Origin: Paraspadella gotoi
Taxonomy: Eukaryota; Animalia; Chaetognatha
DNA: 64,000 nucleotides
NCBI GenBank assembly: GCA_051294375.1
Contig: CM119269.1
Span: 4,435,098 to 4,499,097, forward strand
Direction of reading: 5' to 3'
The notes beneath the pieces were generated by a model. That model ran no database searches, had not been told where the DNA came from, and was given only the letters and a program-made list of their open reading frames with translations. The first letter of the stretch is position 1; the number at the start of each line of letters is the position of its first letter. This document shows positions 12,551 through 26,293 of this stretch, one piece after another. The position numbers and the translations under genes were made by a program.

Positions 12551-13499
12551 CTGTGAAAGAAAAAATATCAAAAAGGGAAAAAAATCTAAGAAGAAAAGTA
12601 TTTGTTGTTCGCCGACTTAAAAAAGACTTCAAAAAAGGGAAAAAAAATCTTTAATTTATTAACGATGACGGAAGTTTTTAGCGTTATTTACTTAATAAAA
12701 AAATATGATAGATTTACACAATCTACTTCGGAGTAATGGTATAAAAAATATTTTGCCAGACATTTCAATCTATTTTTCGTCATCGGCTCTTACTATATCC
12801 AGGATAAATACGTAGTATAATAGCAACCTAAGCACACGAGCAAAACAAATTTATTTTAATGAAGAAAAAAGATCGTCACAAAAAATAAAAGTGAAGAGAA
12901 AGAGAGAGATAGAGAGAGGGAGAGGAGAGAAAGAAAAAAAGAGAGAAAGAGAGAAAGAGCGCGAAAGATTTCAGTGGAAAATAAAAAAATGAAAAAGAAA
13001 GAATAAAAATTTCATCATGAGTTTTAATCGAGCTTTAGTTAAATTAAACTTCAGCAACCATTAACATAATGTCGATTAGAAACGTCACAAAATTGAAGAG
13101 GAATTTAACGTATGTTGTTAAAAAATATAGAAAATAGGTTTTAAAGCAGCCGCCTCCGAAAAGAAATTTAATGGCGCAAAAAACAAGTTTAGCAAACAAC
13201 GCAGGGTCTGCTCACGGGAATTTAGCGGTAATCAGAGAATCAGATGGTAAGTTACGATTAAACTTGAAATTTCTTTTTTAATTTAATTTTTTCATTATAA
13301 TTTAACTTTTTTGTAGTAGTTGTTTAATTCTGATAAAACTGGTTATGGTCATTATAGTTTTTAAGGTAGTTATGTTAGTAGTGGTTGTTGTGGTGGTAGC
13401 TTTGATTGTAGTGTTTGTTATAATTGTAATCGTTGTTGTTGCAACTTGCAATTACATTTCATAAAAAAGAAAAAAAGGGTAATTTTTTTTTCACTTAAA

Positions 13500-13835
13500 C
13501 TCATTTCCACTCTGACGATTCCATCAAAACTTCATTTTCAGCATAATCACTCACTTCTTTACCCACACACAAAATTTTAAATAAATTGCCCCATCCACTC
13601 ATGAGTAATTGGCATTCAAAGCTAAGGGGGGACGGACGGACAGACGGACGGACGGACAGACAGACAGTCAAGACGGTCGGACCGACGGACATAGTTTTTT
13701 TCGCGTAATTTATTATAATTTAATGTTGTGACATAATCTAAGTGAATTACCGACAAGATTTTTTGGTGGGACCGAGGGACCGACAAAGTGATTTATAGAG
13801 CCGGAATCTGCTGTAAGCAGATCCGGCTAAAAAAA
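13500..13835. mobile_element. Helentron-associated (HINE/DINE-1-like) non-autonomous element
   Basis: (GACG/GACA)n microsatellite at 13630-13690 and a terminal stem-loop agccggaatctgct-gta-agcagatccggct followed by an A-run; near-identical hairpin at 58281-58310. Left boundary approximate. Confidence 0.6.
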
Positions 13836-14190
13836 CACGCATTCACCTGGTTTTCTATTATGACAACCGCCAGGTTGCGAACAAGGGGAAGAAGAACAAA
13901 AGGGAAACTGGGGACAAACTCGCACGATTCCCAGGGGGCGTGGAAGGCCGCTTCCAGGGGGGAGGGGGCGCGGGAGGGGGTAATACTGGGTACCGAAGTT
14001 CCCTTGAGGGAATGGAATGCCGCGGAAGGGAAATTTGGCCACATTGTTCACGGCTTTTTTTTGTCAAAAGTGAAAACAAATGTTTTTTTTTATTAATATC
14101 TCTGATTATATTTATAGAAATATTAACGAGAAAAAGGTTTATTTGTTTACAAACAACGGTTTATTATTAAAAAAAATCAATATTTTTATC

Positions 14191-14362
14191 TAGAGATGAA
14201 ACGAAAAATTCGTTGTAATAGCAATTCTATTTTTATTAATGTACATGTTTCGACTCTTAGTTTTTGCGAGTCTTCATCATCACTCGCAAAAACTAAGAGT
14301 CGAAACATGTACATTAATAAAAATAGAATTGCTATTACAACGAATTTTTCGTTTCATCTCTA
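14191..14362. repeat. Perfect inverted repeat, 81-bp arms, 10-nt loop
   Basis: 14191-14271 is the exact reverse complement of 14282-14362; loop cttcatcatc. Confidence 0.97.
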
Positions 14363-14652
14363 ACTAAAAGAAGCCAAAAAAGAGTGAGGGAGAGAGAGCG
14401 ATAGATCCGGCAACAGTTCGCAAGCGAGAGAGAGAGAGAGAGACAGACAGAGAGAGAAACGACGACGACGAAAACGACGACACGCTGTTCTCTTCCTTCT
14501 TCCTAAGTTGTCCATGACGCGGCACGACGAGGCAAAACACGAGATGAAATTACTAAGGAATTATTTCTGCAAAACAGCGTCAACACTCTAATTTACGCCA
14601 ATTTTCATAATAATATACGCCAAATCTTTTTTGGAGTGGAACACAGTGGCGA

Positions 14653-14945
14653 TCTTTTCCGTCACCGTCTCTCCCGCGTCATAATTAGCTTCTGGCGTCC
14701 AGAACTACTTTGCGTCTTCGACGCGGCGGCGGAGTGATTTGCGGCGGCGGAGGCGGCGGCTGCAGAGTAAGAGGAAAGGAGCAGTCAATCTCTCCGCCTT
14801 CCTTCTGTTTGCATCACTGAGTTGCGGGAGTCCAGGTGTGTGTCACCTTTCTTGACACATCACTTTTAACATTAAATATAAAAAACCAAATAAAAATCGA
14901 AAAAAGAACAAAAAAAAACAAACCATAAAAAACACAATAAATCAA
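14653..14945 (+). promoter_or_regulatory. PABP 5' regulatory region: TCT/5'TOP-like initiator and A-rich autoregulatory tract
   Basis: tCTTTTCC at 14653-14660; interrupted oligo(A) tract at about 14874-14945, about 100 nt before the ATG. Both are known features of PABPC1 mRNAs. Confidence 0.6.
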
Positions 14946-15035
14946 CTTTTATCTTATCCCTCTCGTTGCGTCGTCTCGCTTTTATTTCGATTTTCCAACA
15001 CGTCCCACACCCCGTCGTAATATTGTTAAGAATAA

Positions 15036-17580
<2,545 letters not shown>

Positions 17581-18650
17581 TATGGAAGCAAAGAGCATCC
17601 CCCTTCGACGAATCCAACCATCGTCGAGACTCGGCGTCAAAGGGGGCGAGACGTCGAAGCGAGAGACAACTAATAATTCGATGCATTCACGGAAGATTTG
17701 AGATTCGGCAGTTGAGACGGTCGCGGCGGGACTCCTCAAAATTTAACGCGTTGAAAAAATGTACTGGCTTTTTTTTGGAAAACCCTTTGTCCTCAGTGAT
17801 CGTCTTGCAGCCGAAATTAATTAACGTCAGGCTAGTTTTCGTTTTTTTGTTTTTTAATTAAGTTTCACTATACGATTGTTCGATTAGAATCGGTCGTCTG
17901 TATAGAAGGTTAGCTTTATAAATTAAGAAATAACGGAAAGTCGAGAAATTTTAAGCATTTTATTATAAGAAAAAAACATGGTCTGAAATCGTTTTCAACC
18001 AACCCAAAAAAATAGAAAAATGTATAAAAAGAACCCAAAAAAAGAAAACCGAATTGTATCGTTAAACATCTTTGCAATTTTTTGTTTAGGTTGCTATCTA
18101 GGTACTATTGCAATCGGTATTTCACTATTCCTATTTGTCAGGACTTGTTTTGTATTTGGAGTTTGTAAAACGTCAAATGCTATGTGAGCTGTTTCTTTAA
18201 TAAATTCTGTATAGTGTAATTATTTACTTTTTAATCGACGCTTGTTAGTCAGTTTTCAGATTTACGGATCCACAACTTGTGCTCCGTGACAGTTTGCAGG
18301 ATAAAAGGCATAAAAATAATTGTACCGGAACCGAGCCGGTCGGTTATTTTTTTTCGCATATTCGAAAAACAGATTTTTTTCTTAAACCTATTTTTACGTT
18401 CGTGCTTATAAAAAACGGAAAGATCCTAAACGGTGATTAATTTTCAAAAATCCAGATCACCAAAAGTTTTCATTTGATTGGAAAAACTTAATTAAAATAA
18501 AGAATCGTTTGCTCTTGAAGATGACGTTGGTTAAATTTTATTTCGTCAATTTTTAACGATATTACTCTTTTTATGAAACAAGTTTGAGCAATCAATGTCT
18601 GATCTGCCAACGATAATCTAGCGCTAATCAGATGATAAATCACGATAATT

Positions 18651-18836
18651 TTTGGTAGACTAAAATCCACCAACCGTTCATCAGCGGCCAATGGTGCAGG
18701 ATGCAAGTCATTCGCCTCCCAACCGAAAGGTCCGGGGTTCTCGCCCAGTGGTCGCAAAGCAGTTAAGAGGGACGGGGTGCTTAACCCGCCTGTAACCGTG
18801 TTACAGCCTGATCCGTAGCTCAGGGACTGCTTATAT
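18651..18836 (+). mobile_element. tRNA-derived SINE-like element (Gly-CCC-like head at 18684-18756)
   Basis: Acceptor stem GCGGCCA/TGGTCGC-A, anticodon loop ctCCCaa, degenerate T arm; second copy inverted at 40595-40728. Confidence 0.65.
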
Positions 18837-18919
18837 CCCAAAAGCTTGTCAGGATTATTTTTACATTCGCCAACCGGGATTTTCCGGTCGGTTAGTTTTT
18901 CGCTTCTTATGAACGACGT

Positions 18920-19910
18920 ATAGAAATCTCATTACGCAAAAATAAATGACACTGCTAAGGATAGAAAATCTTTATATTACAAATTACATTTCAAAACCTC
19001 CCCTAACTCAATTGCTTACCATTTAAATAATATAACATAAAAATATTTTTCTTTCATTTTGGTTATTTGTTAAAGGTAGAAAATGAATTGTCAATTCGTT
19101 TTTGCGCTGATGAAGGCTTACATTGAAGTCCGAAATTTATGTTTTTTAATGAAACTAGTACATCAACAAACAATTCATTTTTTACCTCAAATATTAAAAT
19201 AGAAAAATAACAAATAGTGAAACAAGTAATTTGCAAATTTTCATAAAAATACCAATTATAATAAATTTAAAACTATTATTATTTATTATAAAATTAAGAA
19301 ATTTGTATATTACTTTGTCAACTAAGACAACGCTAGAGGGAAAACAAAATTAAATGGATTAACAAAGCACCGACCGCTGGTACCTAAAGTTGGTTGCGGA
19401 CGTCGAATAGTAAAGTTACCCATTTTTTTATGAGCGGCTTAAGAAATCTCGTTACGAAAAAAAAAAAAACACTGGTAAGGGTAAAAAAGTTTTTTATTAC
19501 AAATTCTTAACTGTAGCGGTAGTATTTCATACCATGCTACTCGGCATACGCGGCATCGTCTTCCACAAAACCATCCTTAACTCCATTGCTACCCGTTTTG
19601 GACATGTTTCGTCTTCAATATAAACCATCAGCGCAAAAACGAATTAATCTGTGAAAAAATTTTTTCAGACTTGAAAAGAGACTGAAAATATTTGTTTCAC
19701 AAATCAATTTGTTTTTGCGCTGATAAAGGCTTACACTGAAGCCGAAATTTGTTTCTTTATAAAACGCGTACGTAAACAATTCATAAAAATAGTAATTAAT
19801 TTTTTTTAATTACTAATTATTATTTATTAAAAAATTTTGTATTACTGAACAAAAAAAATGTATATTATTGCGCAAAATGAGACTCGATTCTAGAGAGAAA
19901 ACAAAATATT
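18920..19910 (+). repeat. Degenerate tandem duplication (two units of about 0.5 kb), each with a hammerhead-like core
   Basis: Shared blocks agaaatctc.ttacg..ttattacaaatt, tttttgcgctgat.aaggcttaca.tgaag..gaaattt and ctagag.gaaaacaaaat occur twice. Confidence 0.7.
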
Positions 19911-22089
19911 TAAAAAAAAAATTATTATCTAATTACATTACCTTACCTTAAACACTCTTAACCCTAACCACCCCAAATTATGTTTAACCCAATCAACGAA
20001 AGTAAAATTAATCTTGTTTTTTAAAAGACGCCAATTTTACTTTCACGGTTGGTGAAAGTAAAATTCTACCAAAACTTTTTTTAAAACAAAATTTTTAAAA
20101 AATACTTAATTATTTTTACCCTAAGCCCTCTTAACCCTAACCACGCCAAAACTACCCATAACCCTAAACCACCCCTAACTCCGGGCGCGAGCTCCGCGGG
20201 ATCTTAGAGTTCGGAGATTAAGAATTATTAGCCAATTCAGAGCAGGGAACACCCATATATATGACACGTCGTCATCAGGACATCGTGATAACAACACCTA
20301 ACTAGCGAAATTACATTAATTCAACATTGACTGCGCTATATGACATGAAAAACTTTCCGCTATCGCTTATAAAATATATTCGAACCTGCCAAGGATTAAA
20401 TTTAATGTAATTCCCAAAAAATGGAAAACCAGCTTTTTCCAAAGCTAGATTACTAACAGAAACGAGAGCGAAAGTTTCCAGTCATGACCTGATTTAAAAA
20501 AAAAACCAAACAAATACATGGGTAGCATTTAATAACAGATTATGCCACAAATAGAACTTATCTTTTCTGATAAGCTTTAAACATAAGAAAAATGCCTAAA
20601 AAATGAGACCAAAGATAATTATGTCGTCTATGCTTAATGATTTAAAGCAACCAAATATGACATTAATTAGGAGTTTAAAAAATAAGAAAAACAACATTAT
20701 AATCAAATTCCATTAAAACTTGAACATTGAACAAGAATTTTAATTCTCCTATCTAGCTAACTAACCTCAATGGGTTTGGGGACAATTAGAGGAGTCAAGG
20801 GTTATCACTTCTTTTTGCTTAGCAATATCACAGCAGTAAATTTTTTGTAATAAGTTTGTTACTTTTTTTAGCGAACGGCTTTTTACGGTTTACGGAATAT
20901 CCCACCTTGGTAACAGAAAATAGATTTCTAAGTTGTGCGAAGACGAAGACCAGTTTTAACCTAAGTTATATCGTTTCAGAGGTGTTATCAGCTTCTGAAA
21001 AAATTCTCAAATGTTTTAAGATAATTTATATGAAATTGGTACAACCAATATAAAAATTATCCATTCATTTAATAAATAAACTATATATAATTTTATATAC
21101 CGATATAAAATTGTTTACTTACTCGGAAGCTGATAATTGGTTTTCATAAAAAACTTAATTTGTTGAACATTGCAAGAGTGTATCTTAGAACTTACTCCGC
21201 AATATCAAATGGGCACGGATTTTCGATCAGGTAACAATTTACCAAGGTGGTTTACAAAACAACTACATCACTGTTATTCACGCTAAAACAGCCATGGGAC
21301 GGCATTTAGTGTTAATTTACCATTTGAGATCTCAGGAATAACAATATAAGAATTACACTTTGATGGCTAGTTTTTTATAAAGTTGAAATAGATTCAAGCC
21401 GTTGTTTTTCCTGAATAATATTCACGATCCTTGTGAGGGAGGCTACGCCTGGTCTGAGCTAACGGTTAGCTTTTGTTATAGGAGAACTTGATTCCCTACC
21501 TGCTGGATATCAATAACCTGAGCTATCCTGACTGAATACCCGTACAGAGTCGAACGTATGGGTTTATGTATTTGTTTATTTGTAGGTTATTGGTGCCAAC
21601 CTTTCCTAGCCTTGCTTGTTTTTAGAACAATTATTCTTGATTGTACAGAGGCAATCATCGACTTTGAATGATTGTTTTTTAAAAATTCGATTATCTTTCA
21701 TAGTGCGGAAAGTTTCCGGCTAATAGCGCGGAAACGCATTTATACCTTGCAGTGATTTTCTTTTGTTTTTTGTTAAGATCGAGAAAAAAAAACACAAGAA
21801 CACGTAGTATATATAGGGTAATACCACCCTCCCTACCTCCCTACCTCCCTCCTTTGTGTTGAAACCCGGCCAGCCCTGTCCCTGGAGGTTATGTGTGCGC
21901 CCGTGACTCGCGCGCTCGCGAGAGGCCACCAGCTTGGCGACGCCGGCGCCCGCGTCGAAAAACGCTAAGGCGCCGGTCACGGGAACTCGGTCGAAGAACT
22001 TTTCATATCGAAGCTACGCCTCAAAAGGAGACGCCGCCGCGAAGAGAATTTTCAACCTCGTTGATAACCTTTTCTTTTTTACTCTTTGC

Positions 22090-25000
22090 TCAAACTCCGT
22101 AATTAACGGAGAGGCGTTCCCGGAGAGGCGGCGGAAACTGATCGCGGAAACGAGTCCAGTGTTCGTCGCCTACCTGGTCCTTAAACCCGTGCAAGATTTT
22201 GTGGAACATGTCCTGAGAGGGAAGGGATGAGAAACATGAGCGCCGTAAACTTCATTTTGCTAAGTATACCTACGTCTATACTGAGCTCACCTTTAAATCT
22301 GGCTTGGGACTGATCCAAGACGCGACGGCATCGCAGAAAAAGATAAAATCGTGAACGACGCCGCCAGGGTTGACGGAAATCATTGCACACACCCCGCGAA
22401 ATGCAGAATCCTTAAAAATAAATTATAAATATAACATGTTTGTTAAAGTTTGTTAAATATTGTAAAAGCCATAAACAAATTTGTCTTACCTTCTCGTCGT
22501 TATCACGAATGTTCCGTAAAGAGGTGCACCATTGGCGTATAAACTGCGGGAGTGAGGTGGCCACGTCGTGAGGACAAACGAGGCCCAGGCGCCCTATCGT
22601 GATCGCCGTGTTCTCCAGCAAAGTCTTGGGCGTGTTCTGTCGGTTGATGATCTCCACCAGTTGGGCCAACACAAGCGGAATAAACGGCTTCATGTCTTCT
22701 CCTAAATGAATTATTAATATAAATGAGTAAAAAGAATAGAAAGCGTAGAGAAATGAGAGTAGAATCCTTACCCATTTTGATGGCTATTTCTCCGATGGCC
22801 CAAGTGGCATTATTGCAAACGGAGATGTATTCGGGGTTGAGGTTCTGTCCAAGAATGGGCACAAGGTCCCCGATGCATGGCCGAACCAATTGGAAAGTCG
22901 CTTTGGTCAAATCGCCCAAGAGAGCGAATGAACTCTGCCGAACTTCTGGCATGCCATCCTGAAGGAACCGATACAGTCAGACGGTCAGTACTCGAATTTT
23001 ATCTTCAAACATTTAGTTGGAATTAGAGACAGCAACCAATAGACACCTGCATGCATTGGAAAAGAAGAGTGAGGATGTTGGAGCTGAAGACGAGGCCTTG
23101 AATTTGGCTGCCGAGGCCCTCCGCCAGCCCCGAAAGCAGATCGAGGGCGACGATCATGAAGTCCTTATCGGGAGACTCGAACTGATCCGGCTGATTCCCG
23201 TGGGCGATCTGTTGGTTTAGGTTTTGCTGCACCAGCGATACGCACCGTTGGAAAACTGGTTCGCAGTAGGGTAAGAAACCATCCTGGGAAAATCGAAAAG
23301 GGGGATAGTGTTAAAAATAGTTATTTTGAACAAATGTGTAAAATAAAATATACTTGCAGCGCCGTAGCGATGCTGGACAAACACTCGAGGAGCGGAAAGA
23401 GGTCCTTGTCCTCGTCCTTCAAGAGGTTCCACTTTTGAATCAGAGGGGGCATCAACAAGTTAATGTACTCGGACTTGTTAAGATGATGACCGACAGAGTC
23501 CGCTAGCGTCCCGATCGCGTCGTAAAGGATCAATAAGTTTTTATGCTGGGAAGAGAGAAATAATATTTTCATTGAGCCCAGAAATGATAAGTGTGAATAG
23601 AACCAAAAATTTTACTTGATACTTGTTGAAGGCAAAAACCAAAGTTTCCAAGATGAAACCGAGATAAGGAACAAGCTCCGTGCACGCCTCTTCCTCCAAA
23701 GTAGCGAAAGCTGAACAGGCGGCTTCCTGTAGCGAAAGAAATACTCATTTTTGGTATCGTGTCAAGAAAAGTTTTACTTTTTGTAAAATAGGAAAACGAC
23801 TTCCCACCTGAACTCGCTTATTCGCATCCAGGATTCTTTTCAGCAATTCCGTCATCAAAGGCTTTAGATACATATCGTGAGTTTGCCCGACGATCCAGTG
23901 GGCATATCTGTTAGGACAAGATAAAAAAAAATAAAACTCAAGATCCACTACTACGTACTGTCGAAAAATAGAAAGCTAGATCTAACCTCGACAACGTCCA
24001 GCAAGTTATAGAGCGGACAAGAGCCTTTTTCTCACTTAAACACTGAATCAAATACGGAATAAGTTGCGCTAAATGCGGCAGCATTCCATTCATACAGCCT
24101 GGTGAGAAAAATAGAATTATTAATGCACTGCGGGACAAAAATGTGCTGAATTTCAATTTCCTACCCTCCGCAATAGCGCCGAGCACTAAAATCCCGCTTT
24201 CTTTAATTTCCCACTCCTGATGAAAAAGTGTTTCTTTCAAAATCGGCAATAAAACCGGCAAAAGGTCGTCCCGGAACACGTTGGCCAGAACGTCTGCAAA
24301 AGAAGTCAATTTTTGTACAAAACTAAACTAAATTAAGAGCCTTCCCGGAAACCAATCTCACCCAAGGCGGCTGCAGAGCACTTTCGAAGGTTCCAGTCGG
24401 AGAGGGAATCGTCATCGTCGAGGCCGTCCTCGTCGATGTCAGACTCATTATCATTGCATCCCTCCGGGACAGAGTTTCTGCGAGTTGGAGAAAATAATAA
24501 ATTTTAAAAGCTAGTTAGCTAACAAGCAAACGCTAAAAAAAAAAAAAAAAAAAAAATCAGTTTGGGCTCGTTTTCGTTTCGCCGAAAACTTCAGGGGAAA
24601 TAGTTTCGAGTGTATTGCGGTTCGACACATGTTAGACTGATTATCAAATAAAGAATGAATGATTCTTAAAGCCCCAAAATCTTTTTTTCAAACTTTTTTC
24701 ACATTATACTTATAATTTCTGTAGTATTAATAAATTAATGAAATATGTTTACGAACCTGACCCCGCCGTGATGACTCTTAGATTTATGAAATCTGGGCCT
24801 AATATCCTCCTCCCGATCAGGAATCTGATCATCTTCCTCAATATCGCCTTTATAAAGAATTTTAAAAATAAAATCGCATTATACGGCCTACCCTGCTAGA
24901 GAAAAAATGATTATTATTTCAAACTATAATTAATTTATCGTTTTTATTATCAATTTGGATTAAAAAGGTGCAAAAAAAACTGGGCGTTTAAGCCACGGGG

Positions 25001-26293
25001 ACAAGGAAGAGAGTTAGCACTTAAATTACCAAATCTATTTTTACTGCACCCAAACATCCAACATTTTTTTCAAGAAAAAAGAATAATAAGCCTGCCATAC
25101 CTTTTAAGAGGATGATGTCCAGTTCTGAGTACTTCATGCCGCGAACCAAGACCGGGACAAGCCGATCCAAATAGGGGCTCAGCACCTCCTTGCAGATGGG
25201 CTGCTCGGCGAGCGAGAGCCAAAACTCGCAGGCTTCTAGGGCGACCGCGTCGTCACCGTCCTGAGTCCGCAGCAGCATGTACTCGACGATCTGGTTGATG
25301 TGAGGGATGAGGCGGTCCATGCGAACCTCGAGCAGCATGACCAGCGCTCTGCACACGTTCTTGCGCACTTCGCTGTCGTCGTCGACGGCGAGGAGGAAGA
25401 GGTTCTCTATGAAGGCATCGATGTGCACCATCAAAGCTTGCGTACGACTGGAACAGATTAATTTTTTTTTTATCAAAATGGCGACTCTTAATATGAAAAA
25501 ATTAAGATTTTTATGAAATTAGGAAATGTAAGTGTCGTTCCTCTTTCGACCGTCTATCATGGTGTCGCCGCTCATTTTCTTTACACCTTATAATGAACTG
25601 ATTGACGCAAGCGATGGCGTGAGATCGAATCTTCGACGAGGAGTGGCGGAAGAACTGAAGAAATTTGGGGATGAGGACGTTGAGAGGCCGATTGATGGTG
25701 TCGTTGTCGAGAGCTTCGGCGGAATCCTCGCAGATCTTCTGTAAGGCACCGAATGCTCCCTCGCAGACGTTGTAGTCTTCCGAGTCGAGCATCTGGCAAA
25801 GGGAGGGCAGCAGTTCGGGCCAGTTGGCGAGGTCGCCTTTGCTCACGACCGTTGTGATCAGGATGCCTTCGACGAGGAAAATTATCATTTAATAAAATAT
25901 TGAAGCAAGGAAGAGAGGCTCATTGATCGAGAGAATACGTTAAGTACCTATGGTGGCCCTGATGAGGGGCGAGGGGTCGCCGATGGCGCTGAGGCATTCC
26001 TGTTTGACGAAGTGCTTCACTTCTAGGGGAAAGGCGTCGTAATGCGCCTTGACGTTGTTCTTGAGTATGAGTCCGCTGAGGGAGCGAGTGGGCTCATCCT
26101 CGGAGGTGAGTTTGGTGAGGACAAAGGTCAGGTAATTGTTGAAGTCGGGAAACGAGTTGAGTTCTTCGAGTTTAGTTTGCACCGCGCGTTGCGTCTCCGT
26201 GTTGGGAGACTGGGACTCCTTAAGTAGTTGGATGATTTGGCGAAGGCCCGTCTCTTCTGGCTGCCACTTCGTAGCCATTTCGTGCGGGAACAT
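22090..26293 (-). CDS. TNPO1: Transportin-1 / karyopherin beta-2
   Basis: Multi-exon HEAT protein: [76 protein letters not shown], ending [15 protein letters not shown]. Start may be the Met at 26278. Confidence 0.97.

Noticed and set aside
18630-18690. Minus-strand CTGATGA plus hairpin at the SINE head as a hammerhead
   Set aside because: No GAAA in this copy; the GAAA in the second copy belongs to the adjacent transposon TIR.
18684-18756. Functional tRNA-Gly gene
   Set aside because: Mismatched anticodon and T stems, no GTTCRA B box, and shared flanks with a deleted second copy; treated as SINE-like.
21420-21570. Cluster of short hairpins downstream of TNPO1
   Set aside because: No second copy in the window and no family motif; cannot be told from a repeat fragment.
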